A stretch of DNA of 64,000 bases, from NCBI GenBank assembly GCA_042571305.1, contig JBHPHS010000001.1, forward strand, positions 2,781-66,780, given 5' to 3'. Shown one piece after another: positions 56,414 through 64,000 of this stretch. Position numbers and translations under genes: made by a program. The first letter of the stretch is position 1, and every line of letters begins with the position of its first letter. Below the pieces are notes generated by a model. The model was not told where the DNA came from. It searched no databases and saw only the letters and a list, made by a program, of their open reading frames with translations. The DNA is from Patescibacteria group bacterium. GTDB taxonomy: Bacteria > Patescibacteriota > Microgenomatia > UBA8517.

Positions 56414-57109
56414 ATGAATGAAGAACTTGCCCAAAAAGCGATAAAAGCAGCACTTACCTCCAACTGGAAAGAAGCAGTTAGTATAAACTCAAAGATTCTT
56501 TCTAAAAACAAAAAAGATATTGATTCTTTAAACCGAATAGCAAGGGCTTATGCAGAACTTGGAGACATTTCAAATGCTAAAAAGTATACCCAAAAAGTAT
56601 TAAGAATTGATCCCTTAAATAGAATTGCTGATAAAGCAAACGAAAAATGGAAAGCAATCAAAAAAGGTGCTTTTGAACCATCCGCCACCCCTCCTGCTGA
56701 ATCTTTCTTGGAAGAGTCTGGCAAAACAAAGATTGCTCCTCTAATTTATCCCGGGGATACACTGACATTGGCTAAACTTGACTCCGGGGATGAGGTAAAA
56801 ATAAATGCTCATGGACATAGGGTCTCGGTAATAAATAATGAAGGAAAATATATAGGCAGACTTCCTGATGATATCGCTGCAAGACTCAAAAAGCTTATTA
56901 AGATGGGAAATAAATACCAAATCCTTGTTAAATCAATTGAAAAAAGTGAGGTAAAGGTTTTTATTAGAGAAGTGATTCGGGGAAAAAGAGCCAAAGAAAT
57001 CCCTTCATTTTCTTCAGAAAAAATAAACTACGTTTCTTTTACCCCACCTGAGCTTGTACGAAAAAAAGAAGAGCATTTTGTTGTCAACTCCGAGGAAGAA
57101 GAAGGCTAA
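56414..57109 (+). CDS. TPR-like repeat protein (start at MNEELAQKAI)
   Basis: The N-terminus has helical TPR-like repeats (AIKAALTSNWKEAVSINSKIL...ARAYAELGDISNAKKYTQKVLRIDPLN). A purine-rich SD precedes ATG 56414. Confidence 0.45.
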   Translation: MNEELAQKAIKAALTSNWKEAVSINSKILSKNKKDIDSLNRIARAYAELGDISNAKKYTQKVLRIDPLNRIADKANEKWKAIKKGAFEPSATPPAESFLEESGKTKIAPLIYPGDTLTLAKLDSGDEVKINAHGHRVSVINNEGKYIGRLPDDIAARLKKLIKMGNKYQILVKSIEKSEVKVFIREVIRGKRAKEIPSFSSEKINYVSFTPPELVRKKEEHFVVNSEEEEG

Positions 57110-57951
57110 AATCTCTTAGCAAAAGCTCTTCCTATCTTAATCGTTACGTCAAACTCCCCTTGGTCTTTCGATTTTTGACAGGAAAAGATGGTTGCAAACT
57201 TCTCAACAACCTCTTTTTTGCCCCCCCCTATCGTACAATTCGTATCATTGTTTGGTTTTTTCTGAACTGAAACAATCTTTCCTCCCATAATCTCAATAAT
57301 CTCTCCCATCTTTTCGGAAATCCCAATCTTCCCTGTTGCGTCTTCAATAAGCACCCTGGGGGTATTTTCAGCAATTGTGTAGTCAGAAAAATATACGGTT
57401 AGCCTTTCAGGAATTGTTCCATTTAAAACATACCCCCATTCACCGTCTTCCAGTTTCTGTTTTTTAACATACAGACTCTTTCCTAAATCTATCTCATTTT
57501 TATCAACCTCTTTAACACTCATCTTAAAAAAACTAAGCAGTATACTATCAACCAACGACATATTGGTTTTACCTTCACCCTTCCAAAGGTATACCGGAAA
57601 GTTAAAATTATTAGTTACGGTCTCGGCCAACAGTTTTCCTCCAAGGTGCTCATCAATACCCAACTGCCAAACGTTTTTGATTTTAAAAATTCCCTTTCCT
57701 TCAGCAACTGTAACCTGGGTATCTGCTGGAATAATAAAAGAGGTAATCTCGGAATTAACAGGATCAAATACAGACACTTTTATATCCCCGCCTCCTCCAA
57801 TTACTAAGCTTAATTTGTCTTTTCCGTTCCAATGTTTAGGAGAAAAAAACCAAAATAAAAATATAGTTATTAATAAAACAAGTGGAATTATTACCTTAAG
57901 GAGGTTAAAACTTTTCTTTTTTTGAATTTTGCGGGCAGATCTTTTCCTCAT
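57106..57951 (-). CDS. LytR-CpsA-Psr (LCP)-like cell-envelope protein
   Basis: It has an N-terminal TM anchor. Weak LCP-like blocks are seen (SLVIGGGGD, ITSFIIPADT). Confidence 0.35.
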   Translation of the reverse strand: MRKRSARKIQKKKSFNLLKVIIPLVLLITIFLFWFFSPKHWNGKDKLSLVIGGGGDIKVSVFDPVNSEITSFIIPADTQVTVAEGKGIFKIKNVWQLGIDEHLGGKLLAETVTNNFNFPVYLWKGEGKTNMSLVDSILLSFFKMSVKEVDKNEIDLGKSLYVKKQKLEDGEWGYVLNGTIPERLTVYFSDYTIAENTPRVLIEDATGKIGISEKMGEIIEIMGGKIVSVQKKPNNDTNCTIGGGKKEVVEKFATIFSCQKSKDQGEFDVTIKIGRAFAKRF

Positions 57952-59630
57952 TTTCTTTTTCCCTTGGTATGCATTAACCTTAGCTTCTTAATACCTAATC
58001 CAATTTCATCTTTCTTCTTTCCTTGTATGCGAAGAATTGTTTTAACAATTTCCATTGCAGCTTCAAACTCAGGCTGAACCACTTTGCTTACTCCCAAGGT
58101 CCTAAATTTGTCCCATTCGATATCCCTGTGTGCTCTTGAGATTATTTTTGTGTCCGGAGAAACCGTTTGAATATAGGCAATCAGAGTTTCTTGAGCAACA
58201 TGATCAGGAATTGCCAACACTATTGCTTTTGCACTGCGAATACCAACCGTCTCCAACACCTCAGGTTCCGTTGGATCCCCGTAGACAACTTTAATATCTC
58301 GCCTTTTTAGCTCTTTAACAACATTTTGATTGTAATCAACAACTACAAAAGGAATTCCCAAGTCCTCAATTGCCCTACCGACCCAACCCCCTACTCTACC
58401 AAAACCACAGATAATAATATGTCCAGCAAGTTCCTCATCAAAAGTCTTAATTTTCCCAGTTGCTGAGAATATTTTAGAAATCCCTCTTAGTTTTCTCCAC
58501 AAAGGTACAATGGCTTTAAAAAGAATGGGTGTTAGCAATAGTGTCAAAAGCACAGTTGCAATACCAACTGAAGCCTCGTCCGATGAAAGAAGAGAAAAAG
58601 CTAAAGATGAGGAAAATATTACAAAAGCAAATTCACCGATTTGAGCAAGACCTAAACTATTCGCAATTGCGGTTTTACCACGATAGCCAAAAGCCATATT
58701 CACCAAAAAGACAACAACAAACTTCAAAACAATCACAAATACTGAAAGTGTAATAATTATCGGTAGATGCGAAAACACAAATGCGGGTTTAACCAAAAAA
58801 CCTAAACTGACAAAAAACAAAGCAACAAACAAATCCCTTAATGGTCTTGTTTCAGCAAATACAGCATGGTTCTCCTGGGACTCCGAAATAACCACACCTG
58901 CCAAAAATGCCCCCAAAGCAGCAGATATTCCAAAAAACCCTGTTGCTGCGGCGGTCCCGAGTGCCAAAGCAACTGAAGTTAAAACTAAAAGTTCACGCGA
59001 ATTAACAGATGCAACCTTATGAATCAAGAACGGTGAAACCACTTTACCAAGCAAAACCGCCACAACCACTACTATTAAGGCTTTACCCAATGAAAGTGCA
59101 GATGCAACCAAGATAGATTCACCTGAGCCTGCAAGCACAGGAAGAAGAACGAGAATAGGAACTACAGCTAAATCCTGAACCAGAAGCCAACCAAACATTA
59201 TTCCACCGTGAATCGTGTCCAACTCTCCTGCATCCGCCAAAAGCTTTACCACGACCGCAGTCGATGAAAGTGAAAAACCTAAAGCAAGAATAATTGCAGA
59301 AGTATTTTCAAAACCTAACAAACTAAGAACAAAGTAGCTAACACCTGTTACCAAAACAATCTGAATAATAGCCCCAAAGGTGGCAACCCTAAAATACTTG
59401 GAAAGTCTATCAAAGGAAAGTTCAAGCCCGATGGAAAAAAGAAGCAAAATCACCCCAAGCTCCGCTAGTTTGCCTACATCATGAGTTTGTTGTGGAAAAA
59501 CTGAACCTATAACAACACCTCCTAATAAATAACCTACCAATGGAGGAAAACGCAGCTTCTTTGCCAAAAGTCCACCCAAAACTGCGGCGGCTATTACCAA
59601 AAATAAACTAACGATAGCTACATCAAGCAC
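57948..59630 (-). CDS. CPA2-family K+/H+ antiporter with C-terminal RCK/TrkA-N domain (Kef-like)
   Basis: About 12 TM helices are followed by the Rossmann block IIICGFGRVGGWVGRAIEDLGIPFVVVD. Confidence 0.75.
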   Translation of the reverse strand: MLDVAIVSLFLVIAAAVLGGLLAKKLRFPPLVGYLLGGVVIGSVFPQQTHDVGKLAELGVILLLFSIGLELSFDRLSKYFRVATFGAIIQIVLVTGVSYFVLSLLGFENTSAIILALGFSLSSTAVVVKLLADAGELDTIHGGIMFGWLLVQDLAVVPILVLLPVLAGSGESILVASALSLGKALIVVVVAVLLGKVVSPFLIHKVASVNSRELLVLTSVALALGTAAATGFFGISAALGAFLAGVVISESQENHAVFAETRPLRDLFVALFFVSLGFLVKPAFVFSHLPIIITLSVFVIVLKFVVVFLVNMAFGYRGKTAIANSLGLAQIGEFAFVIFSSSLAFSLLSSDEASVGIATVLLTLLLTPILFKAIVPLWRKLRGISKIFSATGKIKTFDEELAGHIIICGFGRVGGWVGRAIEDLGIPFVVVDYNQNVVKELKRRDIKVVYGDPTEPEVLETVGIRSAKAIVLAIPDHVAQETLIAYIQTVSPDTKIISRAHRDIEWDKFRTLGVSKVVQPEFEAAMEIVKTILRIQGKKKDEIGLGIKKLRLMHTKGKRK

Positions 59631-59649
59631 ATATCCAGTTTAAACAAGC

Positions 59650-60354
59650 TTAAAGATGATGTAAAGCAGTCTTAAGGTCAGAAGGAAGCTCAGAGGTATA
59701 AGTAAGTTTATTACTACTTTTTACCGGATGTTTAAAAGCAATTTGCCCTGCATGCAAAAACAGCCTTGGACACCATAACCTATCTGCTCTTGAAGTTTTC
59801 CTGCCAGCGTAGAAGGTGTCTGAAACAACAGGATAGCCTAGATATTTCAGATGAATCCTAATCTGGTGGGTCCTTCCCGTCTTTGGAACGAGACTAACAA
59901 GTGTATAATCTTTTTTGTCTTTTTCTAAATATTTAACTACCTTATAAGAGGTTATGGCAGATCGTCCTCCTGGTAAAACTCCAAACCTGTCTCTTCTCCA
60001 AGGAAGCCTTCCTACAGGTACCGTAATTTCACCACTGGAGGGGCTAATGCGTCCATGAACCAAGGCTTTGTATGTTTTTTGGATTTTCCTTTCTTTAAAC
60101 ATATTTTTAAGTTTATTAAAAGAAGTTTTTGTTTTAGCTACAACGAGAACTCCGCTGGTTTCTTTGTCCAACCTATGGACAATTCCGTTTCGATATGGTT
60201 TTAAATTTGAGGTTTGGAATTTGAAATTATCCTTAAGCCAGCTTTGAATGGTTTTTTGATCCTTTGTAGATATTGCATCATCCGTTATCCAACCGCTAGG
60301 TTTGTCTAAAATCAATATATCTTTGTCTTCAAAAATTATTTTGGGGCTAGTCAT
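59650..60354 (-). CDS. RluA-family pseudouridine synthase
   Basis: HRLDKETSGVLVVAKT carries the catalytic Asp. Confidence 0.75.
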   Translation of the reverse strand: MTSPKIIFEDKDILILDKPSGWITDDAISTKDQKTIQSWLKDNFKFQTSNLKPYRNGIVHRLDKETSGVLVVAKTKTSFNKLKNMFKERKIQKTYKALVHGRISPSSGEITVPVGRLPWRRDRFGVLPGGRSAITSYKVVKYLEKDKKDYTLVSLVPKTGRTHQIRIHLKYLGYPVVSDTFYAGRKTSRADRLWCPRLFLHAGQIAFKHPVKSSNKLTYTSELPSDLKTALHHL

Positions 60355-60776
60355 TTCTCACGCTTGGCAGCATCTTTAGCACAAAGTGTTGCTTCAGGAT
60401 AAACCATCAGCCTGTCGGTATCAATCATCTTGCCACACTCCTCACATATTCCGTACTTACCAATTTTTACTCTGGTTAGAGCTTTTCTTACCTGTACTAT
60501 CTTTCTGCTTATTTCTTTTTGAATAGCAGAGGTTCTTGCATGGCCAAACTGTTCTGCGGCATCGGTATCTGGAGAGGCATTATCAGTTACTCTTGAAACA
60601 TCTGCAAAAGGATCTTCTTCAGCAATCTCTTTTTTTCTTCTTTCCAAAAGTTTTAATTTCTCTTGTAAGAAATTACCTACCGGATTAAGCAAATTTCTTG
60701 GAAATCTCGGTGTTTTACTTACTTTTTTCCGAATTTCTTTTTTCATCTTGATAAATTTAAGACAAGTACAAAACAA
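60351..60776 (-). CDS. DksA/TraR-family C4 zinc-finger protein
   Basis: CEECGKMIDTDRLMVYPEATLCAKDA is present. It overlaps the rluA-family gene by 4 nt. Confidence 0.65.
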   Translation of the reverse strand: MFCTCLKFIKMKKEIRKKVSKTPRFPRNLLNPVGNFLQEKLKLLERRKKEIAEEDPFADVSRVTDNASPDTDAAEQFGHARTSAIQKEISRKIVQVRKALTRVKIGKYGICEECGKMIDTDRLMVYPEATLCAKDAAKREK

Positions 60777-61342
60777 ATGAATGACAAAACTGCAGAAATA
60801 TACACCTCAGCTGTCCCGACAAAGGATAGCACAGTATGAAAAGGTATGGCAAGAGCAGCTCGGATTAAAAAAAATATTCCCAGTACGGTTAGTCCGGTAA
60901 AGCCAACCTTCCCTGAACGATACCAACTAAAGTTTTTATAATGCATATCCAAAAAATAAAAAATGAATATCAAAACCAAACACAAAGCAAAAGCAACAAA
61001 AGAAATAATTGAATAGCTATTTATTGAATCACTTAAAAACAGTAAAGAAAGCCATGGCAAAAAAGACAATACAGTTACCTCTAAAGTTTCATAAGTTCTT
61101 AAATGAAATCTAAAAAATGAAATTCCAAGACCTAGCGCGATACCTAAAAGTGAAAACCAGAACCACCATAAGGGTAAAAACTTAAAAGAAATCCCTGCAA
61201 ATACCCCCAAAGCAGCAAGTATATAAAAAGAACTGCTAAAAACAATATCACTTGAATAATCTTCCTTAAGTCTTTTCCAAAACAAAAACAAAAAAAGAAA
61301 GATACCTAATAAATTAAATGAAATCGTATAAACCATTTGCAT
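60743..61342 (-). CDS. hypothetical polytopic membrane protein
   Basis: It has five or six hydrophobic helices. Confidence 0.4.
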   Translation of the reverse strand: MQMVYTISFNLLGIFLFLFLFWKRLKEDYSSDIVFSSSFYILAALGVFAGISFKFLPLWWFWFSLLGIALGLGISFFRFHLRTYETLEVTVLSFLPWLSLLFLSDSINSYSIISFVAFALCLVLIFIFYFLDMHYKNFSWYRSGKVGFTGLTVLGIFFLIRAALAIPFHTVLSFVGTAEVYISAVLSFICFVLVLNLSR

Positions 61343-61361
61343 TGATTATATCTTATGCATT

Positions 61362-61838
61362 ATGATAATTTCCAACATGCTTGAAACCCCACACGTTGCG
61401 GTAGGAGTAGCAATTGCCACAAAAATAGGCAACCCCTTTCTGGCAATTCCCCTATCTTTAGCTAGTCATTTTGTTCTTGAGAGGGTCCCTCATTGGAATC
61501 CGCACCTAAATACAGAAACCGAAAAGTACGGTAAACCCACCAAAAAAAGCACAATTATTGCTGCAGTTGACTCAACCTTGGCACTTGCTGGTGGATCATT
61601 TATTGCCCTTAGTGCGCTACCCAACACAACACAAATGATAACTATATTTGCCTGCTGTTTTGCATCTGTCTTACCTGATGTTCTGGAGGCTCCCTATTTT
61701 TTCCTAAACATAAGACCGCCGATACTAAAGCGTTGGATTAAGTTTCAAAAATCAATTCAGGTTGACGCATCCTTCCTTCCCGGTATTCTGACCCAAATTG
61801 CAGTTATAACAGCCTCCCTTTATTGGATATTTACCTAG
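61362..61838 (+). CDS. small His-rich membrane protein (possibly DUF457/YdjM-like membrane-bound hydrolase)
   Basis: It has hydrophobic helices with conserved His (SHFVLERVPHWNPH). Confidence 0.3.
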   Translation: MIISNMLETPHVAVGVAIATKIGNPFLAIPLSLASHFVLERVPHWNPHLNTETEKYGKPTKKSTIIAAVDSTLALAGGSFIALSALPNTTQMITIFACCFASVLPDVLEAPYFFLNIRPPILKRWIKFQKSIQVDASFLPGILTQIAVITASLYWIFT

Positions 61839-62391
61839 CCCGTTCAAGATATTCACCACTTCGGGTATCAACCCTAACACTCTCCCCTACCTTAATAAAA
61901 AGGGGTACCTTTAATTTTAAACCGTTCTCCAATACCGCAGGTTTGTAGATATTTGTTGCAGAGTTTCCTTTTACCCCCGGATCGGTTTGTACTATTTTTA
62001 AAATCACTTTGGGAGGTAAATCAACGGAAAGGGCCTTCTCACCCCAAAATAAAACATCAACACTTTCCCCCTCCTTTAAGAAATATACCTGATCACCCAG
62101 AACTTTGGCGTTTATCTCTACCTGTTCATAAGTGGCCGTATCCATAAAATAAATTCCTTTTTCATCTTTGTACAAAAACTGAAGTTTTCTTTTTGAAGTG
62201 TCTGCATCCTCAACCGTTGCATTTGACTGATATGATATATCCTCCACCCCACCGGTTTCTAGGTTTCTTGCATTTATCTTGACATATGCACTACCACGGC
62301 CTAGCTTAATCAATGAATATTTCAATACCAAGTAAGGCTTTTTGTAATGCAGGAAAGCTTTCCCATTTTTCAAATTAGTTGCCCTAATCAT
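61831..62391 (-). CDS. efp: elongation factor P, Arg-type modification loop
   Basis: The loop KLGRGSAYVKINARNLETG aligns to KPGKGQAFARVKLRRLLTG, with Arg at the K34 position. The C-terminus KVPLFIKVGESVRVDTRSGEYLERA is present. Confidence 0.85.
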   Translation of the reverse strand: MIRATNLKNGKAFLHYKKPYLVLKYSLIKLGRGSAYVKINARNLETGGVEDISYQSNATVEDADTSKRKLQFLYKDEKGIYFMDTATYEQVEINAKVLGDQVYFLKEGESVDVLFWGEKALSVDLPPKVILKIVQTDPGVKGNSATNIYKPAVLENGLKLKVPLFIKVGESVRVDTRSGEYLERAR

Positions 62392-62452
62392 ACCCAGAAG
62401 CTATTTTAGCTAAAAACTATGATAAAATATAGCAGCTCTTAGATAAAAATAA

Positions 62453-62537
62453 GCCGAGGTGGCGGAATGGCAGACGCTCAGGTCTCAAAAACCTGTGGAG
62501 ATAATACTCCGTGGAGGTTCGACTCCTCTCCTCGGCA
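62453..62537 (+). tRNA. tRNA-Leu (anticodon CAA)
   Basis: The acceptor stem is GCCGAGG/CCTCGGC+A. The anticodon stem CAGGT/ACCTG carries loop CTCAAAA. A long variable arm is present, and the T-arm is GGAGGTTCGACTCCTC. Confidence 0.85.
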
Positions 62538-62546
62538 CAGATATAG

Positions 62547-64000
62547 TTATTTTCTTTTTGTCTCCCTTTCGAAAAATTTGATTCTGTCTCCTTTAAAGTA
62601 CAAAGGAACTGAAGCTAAGGGTCCGTTTCTGTGCTTTGCTATTTCAAGCATAATATTTTCCGAATTTTCCTCATCCTCACGCCACAAAAACATAACAACG
62701 TCTGAGTCTTGTTCGATGCTGTTGTGAACAATAATATCGTTTGCAATAAAGTTTGCATACTTGGGAACTGTTGCATCATAAACTTTTTTTATCCCAATCT
62801 TCTCAATTTCCTTTACCTCATCCCAATAAATATCGGAGGTTGATAAGTTCAATAGATATTTATCATCTAGTTCAATAGCAATCTTCTTAAGTCTTTCTCT
62901 TCTTATATCACATTTAAACTTCTTGGCCCTGTCGTTTACCCTTCCTGTTTTTTTATTAAATTCTTCTTCTGTTATATTGTTTTTTACTGCCAACGTATCT
63001 ATATAATGCCAAATCTCTTCCGGAATCATATTGCTTAGGTGGGTGTTTGGAATCGCTACATTTTTGGGGTTTGAATTAGTTAACCTAGGAACAGCCACCC
63101 TATCTCCAATTTGTAGGTTATCCAACCTTTCCCAACCACATAACTTATAAAATGGATGATTTCCTGAAGCTTTTATCTCTCTTCCGCTTTTTAAAACTAA
63201 CTTGTAAACCATTTTTCTTCCACTAGGAAATACTCTAGAAACTTTGGTTTTGACCAACTTAAGGTCTCCATCAAGAGCCAGGGTTCTAAACCTACTTTTA
63301 CCAACCAATGTTTTTATTTCAACCATCTTTCCACTATCTGCATCTAAAATCTTGGTGTTTCCCAATAAACATCCGCTTTCTCTTAAATCCGCCAGCTGTG
63401 GTTTTTTAACACCTCTTTGTTCAACTGCACGCGAAAGCTGAGAAATTGCCAAAACAGGGACCTTAATCTCACGAGCAAGATTTTTTAATCCTTGGGAAAT
63501 TTCGGATACCTCCTGAACTCTGTTCTCAAGTTGTCTACTTCTGGCAAGTTGCAGATAATCTACAATAACCAGATCAACCCCACTTTCAACCTGAAGACGT
63601 CTTGCCTTGGTACGCATCTCGATAATGGACAGTGCTGGTGTGTCATCAATAAACAACGGTGCTTCGGCAAGCTCCCCCATAGCGTTACTTAATTTAGTAA
63701 AGTCTTCCTCATCAAGTTTTCCTGTCTTTAGCTTCCAAGCATCAATATCAGCCTGAGATACCAAAAGTCTGTCAACCAGCTCTTCCTTGCTCATTTCAAG
63801 AGAGAAAAACCCAACTGGTCTTTTTAATTTAACAGCGACATTTTGAGCAATGCTAAGTGCAAGTGAGGTCTTGCCAACTCCAGGCCTTGCAGCAAGAATT
63901 AAAAGATTGCTTTTCTGAAGTCCAGCCAAAGCATCATCAAGTGACTTAAAACCGGTTGAAACACCCCTTAATCCTTCCCCTTGCTTGTGCAGCTCATCTA
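62547..64000 (-). CDS. dnaB: replicative DNA helicase DnaB containing an intein; 5'-truncated by the window edge
   Basis: The upstream frame reads GVSTGFKSLDDALAGLQ. The RecA-like domain carries LILAARPGVGKT...DLRESG, then the intein, then SIEQDSDVV. The frame stays open to the window end. Confidence 0.85.
   Translation of the reverse strand, partial: DELHKQGEGLRGVSTGFKSLDDALAGLQKSNLLILAARPGVGKTSLALSIAQNVAVKLKRPVGFFSLEMSKEELVDRLLVSQADIDAWKLKTGKLDEEDFTKLSNAMGELAEAPLFIDDTPALSIIEMRTKARRLQVESGVDLVIVDYLQLARSRQLENRVQEVSEISQGLKNLAREIKVPVLAISQLSRAVEQRGVKKPQLADLRESGCLLGNTKILDADSGKMVEIKTLVGKSRFRTLALDGDLKLVKTKVSRVFPSGRKMVYKLVLKSGREIKASGNHPFYKLCGWERLDNLQIGDRVAVPRLTNSNPKNVAIPNTHLSNMIPEEIWHYIDTLAVKNNITEEEFNKKTGRVNDRAKKFKCDIRRERLKKIAIELDDKYLLNLSTSDIYWDEVKEIEKIGIKKVYDATVPKYANFIANDIIVHNSIEQDSDVVMFLWREDEENSENIMLEIAKHRNGPLASVPLYFKGDRIKFFERETKRK
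62721..63371 (-). other. DnaB intein (217 aa, Cys1...His-Asn, +1 Ser)
   Basis: It is inserted exactly at the conserved DnaB site RESG|SIEQD. Block A is CLLGNTKIL, block B is SGNHPFY and block G is IIVHN followed by S. The roughly 100 aa central segment has no LAGLIDADG pair. Confidence 0.75.

Overview
This 64 kb window is low-GC, very gene-dense and coded on both strands. Gene content and architecture look like a reduced-genome Patescibacteria/CPR-type bacterium; that lineage call is an inference. The housekeeping backbone includes thrS-infC-rpmI-rplT-pheS-pheT, tyrS, recG, rpmF-nusB-acp-like-rnc, rpsP plus a KH protein, trigger factor, PBP1A, gyrB, H+-PPase, gyrA, truB, YebC, efp, DksA-like and rluA-family genes. 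The 3' end holds an intein-containing dnaB that runs off the window edge. Five tRNAs are present: Leu-UAG, Val-GAC, Ala-GGC and Leu-CAA. The dominant feature is a roughly 17 kb type IV pilus (T4P) super-locus at 24.1-41.3 kb. It encodes pilM/N/O, a PilX-like protein, three large secreted or lipoprotein unknowns, ten pilin/pseudopilin-like genes, the prepilin peptidase pilD, pilC, pilT and pilB. No secretin is present. Several of the pilin genes are atypical. One has no canonical start codon upstream of its class-III signal. One lacks the prepilin cleavage motif. One carries a poly-Glu linker plus an 8-Cys C-terminal module encoded over a (GAA)n repeat. A second, accessory-looking cluster lies at 49.4-54.8 kb. 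It holds a Cas4/RecB-family PD-(D/E)xK nuclease, an NT5C-type deoxyribonucleotidase, a Xer-like tyrosine recombinase and a CxxC protein. It also contains small ORFs and ends in a 760 bp repeat-bearing non-coding region. No CRISPR array, rRNA or reverse transcriptase was seen. All calls rest on reading the sequence and ORF translations by eye. No database searches were run.
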